From NCBI GenBank assembly GCA_964016885.1, contig CAXHJY010000998.1, positions 111,168 through 175,167 of the forward strand: a stretch of DNA of 64,000 nucleotides, written 5' to 3'. The DNA comes from Eledone cirrhosa. Lineage: Eukaryota. Position numbers and translations under genes: made by a program. A model generated the notes under the pieces. It had not been told where the DNA came from, made no database searches, and saw nothing but the letters and a program-made list of their open reading frames with translations. Below are positions 29,324 through 46,078 of the stretch, one piece after another. The number at the start of each line of letters is the position of its first letter. The first letter of the stretch is position 1.

Positions 29324-30264
29324 TTTGTGCGTGTGTTTTTGTGTATGCGTATCTGTACATGTGGTTGGGTTTACGTAAATATACGAATGTGTGTGGTAGG
29401 AGTGTTATGTTCTTCTTTAGGCAAGGATTTAAAATGATTTGTTGTTAATGTTTAATTGTTGTTTTTTATGTTGGTTTGATGAGAGTTTTTCTTTGTTTCA
29501 TCAATTTTGTTTCTCTTTTTGTCTTTTCCATTAACCATTAAAATTTATTGTCTTTTCGTATATTTATTTCTTTGCCACAGTACAAGTGTGAAATACATGG
29601 CTATTTATTGAAATAGGGGTCAAATGCAATTACGATATTATTGCAGTATAGTGTGAAATTAGGGATCGCAAGGATCATCTCGTTAAAGCCCCCTATTTTT
29701 TTGGTGAGTGTTTGTGTGTGTGTTTTATACGTTTTTTCTGTGAATATTGACGAGGTTGCTAGAGTTAGTTTGTATCAATGTTTTAGACTTTTTTCTGTTA
29801 TTGTTTGTTCTTTTTTTGTTCCTTTTTTCCTGTTAGTGGAATTTGAGTTTTGTGTTTGTTTAATTTTTATTTGGCATTTTGCGCGGGAGGTAACGGAATA
29901 TTAGTCACTTTTGTGTTATTTTTGCGTCCATTTTCTAGTTTTCAGATTTTTTCTTCTTTTTATGATCCTCCTCCACTCCTGGCATGTTAACGCATGTTAA
30001 AGTTAATCTTTTCTAAAATTAGAAGAATCCTTAAAGCCGAAGTTCGATTCTAGTCTACAGCCTATTTGGTATAACATGGAATTAAGAATACATTGAAGAG
30101 ATGATTATCATCCATATAGTCAGTCAATAATTAGTTGGAGGCTCAAACTGTTAGAAATAGCAGTAAATTTCATTCATATCAAACTCTGGTGTCTTGGATA
30201 GGAAAGAATTAAAATGGGATAATATAATCTAAGTCTGTCTCAAGAAAAGAGGCTTGTCAGACAG

Positions 30265-30430
30265 GTGCGCATCCCAGTTTCGTGGCATGAAGCGACTGAG
30301 AGCACAAGAACGCCCCATAGACAGGAGGCCAGTCCTTCGCAGGGTTAAACCTCCAGCAATTGCTAGGTTCGATTTCAGCTTAATACAGTGGAGCAACGTG
30401 AACTGAAGTGTTTTGCTCAAGAACACAACT
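30265..30430 (-). mobile_element. SINE family 2-related body
   Basis: TTCTTGAGCAAAACACTT...AACCCTGCGAAGGACTGG...TCGCTTCATGCC on the - strand. Confidence 0.65.
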
Positions 30431-30471
30431 TACAACCCAGAAAGTCGGGGTCTTAGGACTGAGCTCTTCCG

Positions 30472-30511
<40 letters not shown>

Positions 30512-31375
30512 ACACACGCACACACACATATATATATATACTTACATCGATTTGTTTGTTGTTTCCCGTTTTTTCGCTGTTTTTCTCTTTTCTCTTTTCT
30601 TCCCTTTTCCTTTTTGTTATCCTATATTTTCTTCCTCTCCTCACCGTTTTTTCCCCAATAACTTACCTTAGTTATTGAACGAACTGGGGCGAGATTGTTT
30701 GTCTTTAATGCGTAGAAATATCCAAGAACCCCAGCAGACAACTGATGAAGAAAAACTTTCTCTCGTTCTTGCTTTCTTCTTTATATATATATATATTTAT
30801 CATTTATTTTGTTTTGACCTGCTTAACTTGATTTGGTTTTTGGCTTGGGTGGTTAATGCTTTCTTGACCACCTTTTCAGTTTTGTATGGCTTCTTAACAC
30901 ATTGTTTAGCTCTGGTTTTTAACTATTGAGCACTTTGCCAATATCATTTCTGATTTTTGCGTTTCGCTTCGCTTTTCCTGCCCGCTGAAAATGCGATTCT
31001 CGCTGAATCTTTATTTGTATTTTTATTTATATATAAATGGAAAGTATGACAGGAAGGTATACGATGCTTACGATAGCTAATACGCTTGAAACTAGTACAT
31101 CGTTCTTGTGTCAGTGTTTAACAAAAAGGCGACGATGGTTGCCTGAAAACTGTACGACGTAATTCGGGCTGTTTGTTTACAAACAAACCGAACATTATAA
31201 TAAATGTTCGGTAAACCCATACGTACATATATATATATATATGTGTGCATGTATGTATATATATACATACTATTGTACGTCTGTATACATATATGTATGT
31301 GCGTATACATACATACTTACACTTATATATATATATATATATAAATGTTCTTTCTGGCATATTAATTCACATTAC

Positions 31376-31435
31376 CTGATTTTCTAGAAGGAACAAGAGT
31401 TCGCTGAGTGCGATTTGCTTTCTTGAATCATGATA
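31376..31435 (-). CDS. Candidate internal coding exon (YHDSRKQIALSELLFLLENQ), product unknown
   Basis: Acceptor tgtgtttcag, donor CAG|gtaatg, 60 nt, open in phase 0-0, non-repetitive sequence. Confidence 0.5.
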
Positions 31436-31507
31436 CTGAAACACACAGGGACACATACATACAATCTAATAAGAACGAAGCAGATATATAAAAGGAGGTT
31501 TAACCAG

Positions 31508-31545
<38 letters not shown>

Positions 31546-31562
31546 GTGGGGTGCGAATGAGT

Positions 31563-31674
<112 letters not shown>

Positions 31675-31705
31675 AAATCTATCAGAGATGGATAGAGGAG
31701 GGGGA

Positions 31706-31774
<69 letters not shown>

Positions 31775-32406
31775 AAGCGAGAGAGGGCGAAATGGATAGG
31801 AATAAATAAAGAAAGAAAGAAAGAAGAAAGATAGAAGACTGCGAAGGACTATCAGCTGCAAACATTAAGATGTCAAGACATGGATACAATAAATAAGAAT
31901 GAGAAACAGGAAACAGGAACCTATGAAATCTGTGCTAGAATGTTTTGGATATTTAAGGGTCATAAAATAAGAAGTCCCTCAAGATCTCAAATGTTGGGCT
32001 TTGACTTGTCCCCTCTTTGTTTGTGCGTTTTCTATATTTTTTTTTATTTTAAATTTTCTGTCTTTTTCCGAAAGAATTTTATTCAGAGAATATATTTATA
32101 TATTTTTGTTGATTTTGGTTGTCATTATTGTTGTTCTTTTTCTTTCTTTTGTTTACTTAAGTGTTGGAAATACGTTGACCACACATACCGACAAAATATG
32201 TTACTGTAACTGTGATCAACATAATACACACACTAACACACACATATAAACATACACACACTAACCACTAACACACACACATATAAACATACACACACAT
32301 ATATATGTATATATACAAACATACGCATACACACACACATATATATACATATATATATATATGTTTGTGTGTGTGTGTGCGTGTGTGTATGCGTACGTAT
32401 ATATAT

Positions 32407-32449
<43 letters not shown>

Positions 32450-32565
32450 TAGATAGATAGATAGATAGATGCGTACGTATATATGTGTGTGTGTGTGCGT
32501 GTGTATGTATATATGTGTGTGTTTGTGTGTCTATAGGCATATATAATTATATTTGTATATGTAAA

Positions 32566-32647
<82 letters not shown>

Positions 32648-32904
32648 GCACAAACTGACACATACACACAAATATATATGTGTTTATGTGTGTGTGTGTC
32701 TATGTGTCAGTTAGTGTGTATATATATATTTCATATATACAAATATAATTATATAAATATATACAGACATATATATATAGAGAGAGGAAGAGAGTGAGAG
32801 AGAGAGAGGGGTACGAAAGAGAGAGTGGGTGTGTGAGAGAGTGGTAGATACATTTATACAGGGATAAGATGTTGCTATTTCAGAAAATAAAATCCTTATT
32901 TAAA

Positions 32905-33040
32905 TAATTGTTTTCTACTTTTGGCACAAGGCCAGCAATTAACATCGTTAACATCGGCGGGATTTGAACTAAGACTATTAAGGGACGTAATTATGCTGGA
33001 AAGCTGGCGTCGGACGCTCTACCGATACTGCCAATCCACT
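32905..33040 (-). mobile_element. SINE family 1 with internal deletion
   Basis: Tail and head present, core missing. Confidence 0.8.
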
Positions 33041-33888
33041 ATAATGTACACTTTAAATATTATTAGAATTTTTGCCTGAAACACAACAATAACACTTTTT
33101 TTCAGGCAGATATGTTTGTGTAGATTAGTATTTCCGATTCACAATCACGTGATTAGGACTGTTCGATCTCACAAGATGAAAACCTGTGATCGTTTCATCT
33201 ACCATCACCATAGCTCAGTGATATTCTCATGGTAACAATTGGGTTCTGATTGATTGTGTGCAAATCTGACATTTCGTTTAACACAACCGTTTATATCATG
33301 GATATATACGGCGTAATTTACACAGAATTTGTTGGAATTCCACTGAGGTCATCTCTGCCTTTTAACTTTTCTGAGACAATAAATAAAGGACGAATATGGG
33401 AACAGTAAATTGGTGATGGATTATTAAATATTTGACCGAGATGCTTTGCGGTATCTGGTCCATCCATGATCGTTCTAAGTTGGATTACCATCTTCTGTTA
33501 CAGGAAAAGCGACAACGCTTCTTCCTTGAGCTGCTAAAACGAGTGAGGAATGCACAGTAATGCTAAGTCCAAAGGAAATATTATTTACTTGGTTTAATCG
33601 GGTGATCAACCCCAGTCCCTCACATAAACTGTTCTATCTATTAAGCCTTTGTTTCCAGTGTAATCATATCAAGATATCTTTTCTAACAGTATTGCAGACC
33701 ATAAGAAACTATAATATCAGTTGTCGTTTCTCTCCCAATATACAATAAAACAATGCAATGGAAGTATCGGCTAAGAATATCAAACTCTATGGTAATTGTA
33801 TCGTTACTTAATACAGCTAATGTTGGTGTTTACTTCATCATTTTAAGCCAGATGGTGTAAAACTGAGGTCAAGGTCATTCCTAGCGGT

Positions 33889-33981
<93 letters not shown>

Positions 33982-33982
33982 G

Positions 33983-34032
<50 letters not shown>

Positions 34033-34104
34033 TGCGAAAAGTAAATGAAAAACAACATCGGGACATGATACAGTAGAATGAAGATTTATATTATTTTAAT
34101 GCTT

Positions 34105-34149
<45 letters not shown>

Positions 34150-34772
34150 CTGTGTGTGTGTGTGTGTGCGTGTGTGTGTGTGTACACACAGAGGGAGGGG
34201 GGCTAACCACACATGTGGAATGCCAGTATTTGAGATTAAGATAAAAAATAAAAAAATACATCACCACCAACCAACCACAAGACCAGCAGTAAAAACAAGA
34301 ACAACAACAATACAACATCAACAACAAAAACTACCCGGCATTGTCTACCCGGCAAGTCGTAATAAAGAGATGACTATTCTTAGTCTCTACTCTAAACGGG
34401 GGGTACGTTCGTTGGTTTATGGTATAACATGGAATAAAAACTTCAAGAACAATAACACCAACATTTCGAAGAACAACAACAACAACAGCAACAACGTAAA
34501 AAATATGACGACAACTGCAGTAACAACAAGAACAAGAACAACATCACTAGAAGCAGTAAAATATAGGGATGTCTTAGAAATATAATTTTCTGTATACAGC
34601 TGTTTAGTTAGGCTATTGAAAAGAAATTAAGGTCCTTAATGAAGAAGATTGCTTCATATTGTAAAAGTTGGCTGAGCATGTCTTATCTCTCAGCTGTGCT
34701 GACAGCTGTTACTTTAAACTTTCATATACAATACATACTACATTCTCATCCTCCTTATGTTTGTAAATATAC

Positions 34773-34863
<91 letters not shown>

Positions 34864-34865
34864 TA

Positions 34866-34996
34866 TACAATATATTAACAAATGGAAACTATATCTATAA
34901 AACCATATTTATTTCATTATACATATTTCAAGGGCCACCAAGCCAAACTATGGTGCGCTTTCATCAGATAAAATATAATATAGGTTAGTTTTATAA

Positions 34997-34998
<2 letters not shown>
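34866..34998 (-). mobile_element. HHR-bearing module, family H
   Basis: Reverse complement CTGATGA-AAGCGCACCA..TGGTGGCCCTT-GAAA-TATGTA plus the same 3' tail. Confidence 0.7.
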
Positions 34999-35028
<30 letters not shown>

Positions 35029-35058
35029 GAAGAGAAAAACAGAGACAGAGCGTTTGTC

Positions 35059-35155
<97 letters not shown>

Positions 35156-35310
35156 GAGATATATATATATAGAGAGAGAGAGAAAGAGAGAGAAAGAGCG
35201 AGAGGGAGGGATATATCATAATGTTATTACTCCAGGTTTCACCTTGCTCTTCTCAGATGTGAATTGAGTCAAATGACCGAAAATCAATACAGCCCCACAC
35301 ACACATATAG

Positions 35311-35341
<31 letters not shown>

Positions 35342-35347
35342 TGTATG

Positions 35348-35378
<31 letters not shown>

Positions 35379-35502
35379 GTATGTATGTATGTATGTGTGT
35401 ATTATATATATATATCCTTCACTTCATTAGTATAAACACTCATCATGCATCGTGTACTACTCCAGTTAAAGTCCTCCTAGCTTTGCCATTGCATATATAC
35501 GG

Positions 35503-35537
<35 letters not shown>

Positions 35538-35938
35538 CATACATGTTATATATGTGAGTGTGAGATGGGGGGGGGCTTACATGCTTACATATTACATATA
35601 TCCAGAGATTGAGAAAATAGGAAGGACACGTCGTTCTCAATAAGGAAATTAGCCAAGCCCCTAAAACAAGGCAGTCACTGGGACAGACTACGACCTGAAT
35701 TTCAAAGTGCTGTCATGACTGAGGAGTTCCCATCTCCACGTGTCTTTGGTAACAACAATTTCTCAAGAAACAAAGGTTTTACTATTTTCAAGCTGTCACC
35801 ATTAAAACATAATGGCCAACCCCTTTTCCTTTTCACTCTACAATTTTTCAACTTCCGCTGGTTTCCAAAAAACGTAACCCACTCATCACACTCTACTTCC
35901 GGTCTATTCGGTACGTTTCCCCCGCCTCCATCTGAGAA

Positions 35939-35987
<49 letters not shown>

Positions 35988-36161
35988 ACCCCTCTCTCTC
36001 TCTTTCTCTCCCGGACATCGTTAAAAAATTCTCACTCACTCTACGTGTATGAATATTATATTACATGCTGAACTAACAACACAATTTCGAATATACATAT
36101 ATATATATATATGTGTGTGTATATATATGTGTATATATATGTATATACATATGCATATATG

Positions 36162-36236
<75 letters not shown>

Positions 36237-36744
36237 GACCGATGACAGGAATCAAGAAACTAGTGGTTAACAAACAAGCTCTCTGGTAGAAGAAAAGGTG
36301 ACATGAGACTGAGAGGGGAACGTTGAGAGGTGAGTTTGTAGGGAGGTAGAGAGGACAGGGAATATGTTAAAATAGTTGGAGGGCGATAATAAAATGGCAG
36401 TCGGAATGAAATAAAAATGTTTCAGCCATTGATGTGTTTCTTTTTAGATCTCTGAACGTTGAGTATATTATGGTTGGATGTGATAAACATATACACAGCA
36501 CTCAATCATACACAGTAATAGAATCAGAAAGAACTACGTTTACATATTGACATATACATATACATACGGACACACACACACACACTCACAGAGAGAGAGA
36601 GAGAGAGAGAGAGGGGGAGGGGGGGAGAGAGGGAGAGAGAGAGAGAGGGAGAGAGAGAGAGAGAGAGTGGGAGAGAGAGAGAGAAAACCGAAACAAATTT
36701 ATTAGATAACTTAACAGAGGCAACGTAAAGTACAAATAATAATG

Positions 36745-36893
36745 GTTTCTCATTTAAGCACAAGGCCAAACATTTTGGGTGAAGGGAAAGTCAATTAAAT
36801 CGACGCCAGTACATTAGTGGTACTTTATTTTATCGAACTCGTATGGATGAAAGACAAAGCTAAACTCGGCTTCATTTGAACTCCGATCGTAAA
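36745..36893 (-). mobile_element. SINE family 1, diverged
   Basis: GGTACTTTATTTTATCGAA..GGATGAAAG core. Confidence 0.75.
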
Positions 36894-38018
36894 CTAATAT
36901 GGATCTCTGATGGTTTTTAGAGCCGTCACCAGCGTGGTGGGTATAAGTGGAGCGTCGGAGGGTGGTGGATTTAGAACATCAGGGGTGAGGTATTTTGATT
37001 GAGAGAACGTGCTTCAGTATGTTTTATGTATACTCTATTTTCTAAATGCTGCACTGTCATCTAGTGCCCATATCAATGTCGACGGTTTCCGATAGATTTA
37101 GCTGTGATGGAGAAACTAAATTCTCGTAAGACGTAAAGAATATTTCGAGAGCCATCTTCAGTTGATTCTAAAACAGTTGACTACAACCAAATGGTACTCT
37201 ATTCACCTACATCCGGTGCTACTAAAATCCCTGGTCTTTCATCTTTGTCTGGCCACTTGTCATATGTAATGGATTGATTTTCTTGACCCCACCCACTATT
37301 AGAAACCCCCCTCCCTTTTCTCTCTCCTACTTACATTCTCTATTTCTCACAGAGCCTCTTACATTTTAATACACATTCTGTCTTTAACTCCGGCGCTGTG
37401 TCTTACATTTTGCTCATAGATGTGTCCAGATGTTTGTAGAGAGGAATAAGGGGACAGAGAGAGGAGTAGAGATAGAGAGAGAAGAGAGAGAGGGGGGGGG
37501 GAGAAAGAGATAGATAGATAGAGAGAGAGAGGTGGGGATGACAGTGAGTGCTATGATTTTGGTGAGCTGGAGTCGGTTTGTAGAAAAATAGACACGGTTC
37601 ACATGTAATCAAAGAAATATAGTCAAATTCTCAGATTTATTTTTCTAACAAAACCAGATTGTGTTTCAAATTTCTGCTTCAAATAACTTCTCATGTTTCA
37701 GTGAAATGTAAAATTTGCTAATAATCCTATTCTGCCTACCAAATAATCAATAATGCTACTAACAGGGCCAGTACGAGAAATTATAACAGACGTGAGGCAC
37801 TCATTTCGAACTAGGGGCCTAAGATATTATATATCAAAAGTCGACTATTGTTATAGTCTGTCACATTGGGAGAACTACATTTCTAATTTCAATTTTTCCC
37901 AACGCTTCTTAGATCAGACAAACAAAGAGGAAAAGAAAGTACATTAAGGGGGTGTTATTAGCAATACAGTTTACACTACTGGTTTATATATATTTATATA
38001 TATATATATATAGTAAAA

Positions 38019-38180
38019 TAATTGTTTCTGCTTTTGGCACAAGGCCAGCAATTAACCAGTGTATTACTGGTACTTTATTTTATCGACCCCATAAGGATGA
38101 AATGCAAAGTTAACCTCGGCGGGATTTGAACTCAGAATGGCAAGGGCCGTAACTCTATGCTTCAAAGCATCATGGTCGGC
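38019..38180 (-). mobile_element. SINE family 1
   Basis: Core and tail. Confidence 0.88.
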
Positions 38181-38227
38181 TGTACAATAGGGTTTATTTA
38201 CAGTATTAACATTAAACAATACCTTAT

Positions 38228-38315
<88 letters not shown>

Positions 38316-38754
38316 CATGTATTCTAATATTAAATTTGAATCCATGTTACACACATAGACATATACGCAGATATTTGCACACACACATACACACGAATGA
38401 TATTTATTAGGCCGCAACTAAGCTTTCCTCCTACTTCCTCGTGTCCCTTCCTTCGCCCCGCCTCCTCCTACAGATTTTATATTCCTCTTAACTATTTAAC
38501 TATTTATTTCTGTATTTCTCTGTTTATTTCAATGTCGTTGTCATTCTCTGACGTGTGGACTTCATTCACATTGCATGTGTGGAATCATGAAATTGTATTG
38601 ATTCCGGGGTGGGAGTTTAGCGTTGTTGTGGAGCTGGTGTAATGTCGGGGTGGATGAAAGGGGTCATGTCGGTGCAAATGTCAAGTAACAAGGATGTTTA
38701 AATAACCAACGAATTTCCGACTAAATTCACTCGGTTTTCTGAATAAATAAATTA

Positions 38755-39172
38755 TAGTTTCTGATTTAGGGACAAGGCAAGAATTTTAGGGAGGAGTAAA
38801 TCAATTAAATTTACCCCAGTGCGTTACTGGTACTTTATTTTATCCATCTCGTAAGGATGAAAGGCAAAGCTAACCTCGACGGCATGTTGAAATCAGAAGT
38901 AAAGGGTCGTAACTCTCTGCCACATAAGAATATGTCTGACCTTCTACCCATGCTGTTAATCCACCGCCCTTACTGAATAATTAAATAATTGTTTCTGCTT
39001 TTGGCACAAGGCCAGCAATTACCCCAGTGCATTACTGGTACTTTATTTTATCGACCCCCGTAAGGATGAAAGGCAAAGTTAACCTCGGCGGGTTTTGAAC
39101 TCAGAATGGCAAGGGCCGTAACGTCAAAGTATGGTGCCCGACCCTCTACCGATACTGCCAAATCACCGCCCC
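38755..39172 (-). mobile_element. Two adjacent SINE family 1 copies (older 38755-38970, younger 38990-39172)
   Basis: The younger copy is flanked by a 19-bp TSD TACTGAATAATTAAATAAT (38971-89, 39173-91). Confidence 0.88.
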
Positions 39173-39728
39173 TACTGAATAATTAAATAATAATAATAAT
39201 TCTTTATCTATTGGCCACAAGGTCTAAGACATATACAACAATACACAAGATAGGGTTTGTGGGGATTTACTGGTAGGCCTTGGTGTACAACCTGTCTCTC
39301 CTCTACAATCATTATAAAATCAAGTAGTGTATAGCTACTTCTTCGGGTTACCATGATACACCGATACTCGTCTGTAGTCGGTGCCTTATTGACTAGGAAT
39401 TGCTACCTCAAACACGCCTTTCGATCCCTTATATTATAGAGGTGGTCTAAGCCCACTCCCGGCTTCCACGCAGCTTCGATCTAAATAATTTCATTCACAA
39501 AGAGTTATATTGACTTAAGTCTAGCTTAGAATACACACTGGTACTGGGTCATGTAGAGATGTGGAAATCGAGACGGCAAGTTGGTAAATTGAACCCATTC
39601 AATCATCCATAATCGTTCACGTACATAACAGAAGTTCATATCTGAGAGAAGATGCAAGGTTATAGATAAAGAAACGCACGAATACATAATCATACATACA
39701 CACACACACACATAGAAATGCACACACA

Positions 39729-39791
<63 letters not shown>

Positions 39792-40017
39792 GCGAATATA
39801 TATATATATATAAGCGTACACAACCCTCCACACATGTATCGGAGACATTACTATAGAGAAGAAAGGAAGAGACACGCAAAATAAGGCTTAGTACCATTAG
39901 TAATATGAACATTAGTTGAACACTAAATTATCAAAAGTCATTTGAAATACTTAACCCTGCTTAAGGAGCGGTGTTCATCAAGGTGTCATATTGTCGTGTA
40001 TGCCAATGTAAGTGAAG

Positions 40018-40113
<96 letters not shown>

Positions 40114-40249
40114 GAGAGAAGAGAGAGAGAGAGGGGGGGATTGAAAGAGATACAAGGAAACATTATTTTAACCATCTATCTTTTGGAATATGATACAACC
40201 AATTATAGGTAAGTTGTGAATCATTGTAGGGTAGGGCCTTTAAAATAAC

Positions 40250-40627
40250 GAACACACCAACAAACCAATACAACATCCCACCAACACACCAACAAACCAA
40301 CACACTAACACACCAACACACCAACACACCAACACACTACCAAATACACCAACAAACCAACACACCAACACACCAACACACCAACACACCAACAAACCAA
40401 CACACCAACATACCAACACACCAACATACCAACACACCAACAAACTAACACACCAACACACCAATATACCAACACCCCAACATACCAACACACCAACATA
40501 CCAACACACCAGCATGCCAACACACCAACACACCAATACACTAACACACCAACACACCAACACACCAACACACCAACATACCAATACACTAACAAACTAA
40601 CATAACAAGTCACCAACAAAACTAACA
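40250..40627. repeat. 8-bp minisatellite (CACACCAA)n
   Basis: Direct reading. Confidence 0.95.
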
Positions 40628-40787
40628 CGCCGCAAAGCTGTGTGTAATCTTCCTAAAACGTTGTAAAACAATATGTCTGATTTTTTAGCAGCGATCAGAT
40701 TACGATGTGACCTATCCTTTGAACTAACTGAAGATATCAGCACCTTTGCTTTTGCATTATGGAAGCCATAAGAAGTGGCTTTTGTAA
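40627..40787 (-). CDS. Candidate exon (TKATSYGFHNAKAKV...NVLGRLHTALRR)
   Basis: Acceptor tttgtactgtag, donor CGT|gttagt, 53 open codons; phase 1-0, compatible with both neighbouring candidates. Confidence 0.33.
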
Positions 40788-41357
40788 CTACAGTACAAAT
40801 AAATAAATAAATGTATAATTATGTTCTTATATATCGGTTTTGTTCTTGATATAAAGTCGTTGTTGTAGTTGTTATTGTTGTATTGTCATTGTTGTTGTTA
40901 ATGTTATGTCGTTGTTGTTGCTGCCATGTTTCTATCGCTGTTTTGTGTTGTTTTCTTTGTTGTTTAGTACCGGGTCAGTTCTTAACGATAAGACCTATGA
41001 CGAAAGGCGAAACGTTTCAAACGTAACCAACAGTTCTTATTTCGTTTCAGAAATGCTGGAGTATTTTGTCTTAAGCCGTGGAGAGGTCGAGCGTTCTAGC
41101 TTCTGATAACACTGTTTCTTTTGGTATAACTAGGACTACATTATTGAATGTGATCATATATTTTTAGGCGAAAATAGGTGAGTGAAATCAGTGAGAGGAT
41201 GGAGATCTGTGGAAAGAGTTTGGAAAGAAAGGAATGTAATTGGTCGTGAATTTTTTCTCATTCCTATGTATATTCATATGTATTCACATCTATATTCACG
41301 CATAGTTATTTGTACACACATATTTATATTGTGTACATAGATATATGTACATACACA

Positions 41358-41416
<59 letters not shown>

Positions 41417-41641
41417 AAAAGTATGACCCCGACGGCAGAACTCAAGCCGTTTCGAATGATAATTCTATATATTTCTATATATACAAATATAAATACAAAT
41501 GTACGTCAATACTCATCTTTTTCCATTTATCTGAGGGTTCTAAACCCCATTATCAGGCTAAAATTCCTTTAGTCAAAAATACGGTGAAAGCTATTCTATT
41601 TTCTAATTTCAAACCTGCTCACTGTTTCAAAACATACTTAC

Positions 41642-41674
<33 letters not shown>

Positions 41675-41874
41675 ATAAAGATGAAAATGTGAGTTGAAGT
41701 TGTTAATCCTTTAAATATATATAAAATATCATTGAAATATGTATAACGGCTCAAATAATAAAAGATTCTAACACCTTCAATTTCGCATTTTCATCTTTAT
41801 TGAATATACTCCATCACCCCTGTCATTGGGAATATGGCGTTGAGTACTAGAACTGAATTGCTTCCTTGTATACC

Positions 41875-41962
<88 letters not shown>

Positions 41963-42250
41963 CTTTAATAAGTCGGGACGCGACGGTTGAGCTCTTGCCG
42001 TTTCGACAGCTAGTCCCAGAAGACTCTTTTCATTTTTATAGATTAGATTAAGGGTCAGGAAACTTCTAATGACAGGAATATGATGTTTTTTTGTGGAATA
42101 GTATACAAGATATTCTATGTCAAAGAATCAAGATGTTTCCGTTCGTTGAAAACACAATGTTGTCTCTACTGGCTGGTGCACTTAGACATTTATAATACTG
42201 AGCCTTATTGTAACCTTCACTGTAATAGATATGTTATGTTGCGCAATTAC

Positions 42251-42375
42251 CATATTTCAGTTTGTTGAACCATAGCTTGACTTTAGATATTATCATATTC
42301 ACACAATTATCTGCGAAGAACGCTTCAAATAGATTTATTTTCCTATAAAGAAGCAATTTTATTGATTCACGTAAT
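42251..42375 (-). CDS. Candidate exon ([41 protein letters not shown])
   Basis: Acceptor ttgcacctaag (or ttctttatag), donor ATG|gtaatt; phase 2-1. Confidence 0.33.
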
Positions 42376-42403
42376 CTTAGGTGCAACAGGCAAATGTCGT
42401 GGG

Positions 42404-42568
<165 letters not shown>

Positions 42569-42665
42569 ATGTGTATATATATATATATATTTGTATATAT
42601 ATACATATATATAAATATATATATATTATGTGCATACACATATATATATATATATATATACATAC

Positions 42666-42756
<91 letters not shown>

Positions 42757-42818
42757 TAATAAAATGTGGAGAGGAGGCACACGAGTTAGGATTTATATAT
42801 ATCTATCTTTCTCCCTGT

Positions 42819-42877
<59 letters not shown>

Positions 42878-43148
42878 GTACATACACACACACATATATA
42901 TATAGTGATGCATTTTAGATATGCTTTTCCTATGCATTTACAATTTCCTATACCCCCCTCCCCCGCTTTACAATGGTTTTATTGCCGAGTTCTTCACATT
43001 AGCATGTTGACTAAACTTTATTGTTTCTCATTCCATAGCCAACTCTTTGATGTCTCCACTTGTTTATTTCTTCTTGTCTTTGATTTTGATTCTGTTTATT
43101 TAATATAAACCCTATATATGCGTGTGTGTGTGCATGCATGAAGTTAAG

Positions 43149-43315
<167 letters not shown>

Positions 43316-43707
43316 TACTGCGCACTGGATAAATGTACGTAAATCATCCAACACAGCTATAATAGTGTTTGCAATATAATAAAACATATCTTTCTATATT
43401 CGCAATTGGTAGAGCGCTGGGTGGTATGCTTCGAGGTATGTGTTCCGGCTCATTGCGTCCTTCCTGATTTCAAATTGCATCGAGGGCATTTTTTTTTTCT
43501 CTATTTCAAAATGATGCAATACGAAGATGATCTCATCAGGGGTCAATTGCAGAATTATTTCCATAAGACGTTAGACAATAGGATTATGTCGAACATAACC
43601 AGAGAATAGAAAATAGAATATAAAGGACTGATTCGATTCGAGGAGAACCTGCCAGACAAACCCCGAACTACCATGTCTACCTATTGGTGAAAAGCTGAAC
43701 ATAAATG

Positions 43708-43777
<70 letters not shown>

Positions 43778-43794
43778 GCATATATATATATATA

Positions 43795-43830
<36 letters not shown>

Positions 43831-43869
43831 TATTATATATATATATACATACATACATACACACACACG

Positions 43870-43900
<31 letters not shown>

Positions 43901-44030
43901 AATATATATATATATATATATATATTAATGCGATGAAATACCAATGATGGTTGGCAAATCACTGATGAGGGACTAATTTTATAATATGTAACCCATGTGC
44001 AACCACGCAGTATTCCTCTTTCTTCCCATG

Positions 44031-44353
<323 letters not shown>

Positions 44354-45060
44354 CTACTACAAAACTCGTTCCATGGACTGAGTGGTCTCCTACTTCGGAC
44401 ATAACCCACCAGGGTTCTACTATTTATGTATCTCTCTCTCTCTATATATATATATATATGACTGTTATTTCACATATTATATAATTTTTATATGAACCAC
44501 TGAAGAACGAAAATTAAATTTGACCTCACAACTATTTCGTCTTAGAACGTAACGAATTCAACAAATATCACATATAGCATTTGCCTGATACACTTTCGAT
44601 CCTGCCAACCACCCACTAACCATGGAGAAAATAATAACATACACACATGCATAAATATTTACAGACACATACATACACACAGAAATGCATAAATGCTCAT
44701 AGACACACATACGTAATCATATAATTTCATATATATATAGAGAGAGAAACGTACAAAGTAATATACATTCATATAGAAATATACCTACTAAGCAAGGAAG
44801 AGAGAAAAATGTCATGATTTTTCAGGTGCATGCCTTATCCGAACGGGTTAGCAGTACAAAGTTGAGTGATACGGCTACCATTGTCAACGGAAACCATATT
44901 GAAGACAGTTTCATGGCGGTAGATTGGTTTCTCTTTTTAAGCGCTCGTCAGGAAATGATAAACTCCCTGTCTTTGTTTACAGCCCCCAATCTGAACTACT
45001 GATAAGAGATAACATTTCAGTTTCTCATTTAGACAAGCAATACATTGCAATCTGTCGTTC

Positions 45061-45140
<80 letters not shown>

Positions 45141-45149
45141 CTGTGTGTT

Positions 45150-45231
<82 letters not shown>

Positions 45232-45554
45232 CGACTCAGATTTACAGAGCACACCTGGCACATCAAAAGTACGAAAACGACCAATGTTACACAAGAAGGG
45301 ATGAAGTGTAAGTTAAAATCACTAGACACATAAACACACATGTACACACACGTATATGTATATATACCAACATATATACATATATATACATATATACATA
45401 CACACAAACTCATATAATTAATGAGAGAAGCAGACATAAGTTAGAACAGATAGATACAAATATAAAGCAAATAAATTTGGAAAGAAATGCAACTGATAAC
45501 AGATTAATTCCAGTGTAAACTAATATATTTCTTAATGAACAACAACAGCAACAA

Positions 45555-45557
45555 ATA

Positions 45558-45613
<56 letters not shown>

Positions 45614-45629
45614 GCTGCTACTACCATAA

Positions 45630-45726
<97 letters not shown>

Positions 45727-45727
45727 G

Positions 45728-45798
<71 letters not shown>

Positions 45799-45814
45799 GC
45801 TGCTACTACCATAA

Positions 45815-45895
<81 letters not shown>

Positions 45896-46020
45896 AATCA
45901 CGACTATCGTACAAGTAACACGTGCTTCATTTCAACTTTGATATAATGGCGACAGGACCAGCAACAACAACAACGACAATGGCGTCAACGAAGACAACAA
46001 CGAAGACGTCAACGACGACG

Positions 46021-46078
<58 letters not shown>

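Noticed and set aside
30800-30985. Lys-rich, histone H1-like frame on the - strand
   Set aside because: Internal stop, low complexity, no globular domain
33504-33542. + strand micro-exon EKRQRFFLELLKR (cag|..|gtgagg), with similar candidates at 44826-44918, 45248-45310 and 50459-50503
   Set aside because: Splice-like signals are equally plausible on the - strand and there is no homology support; unresolved without RNA data
37135-37168. CTGAAGA..GAAA hammerhead-like motif on the - strand (also CTGATGA at 12140, 43532 (-) and 43962)
   Set aside because: Stems or the GAAA half cannot be formed convincingly
39530-39642. - strand exon candidate DMNFCYVRERLW...
   Set aside because: Good acceptor, but weak donor and phase incompatible with the neighbouring candidates
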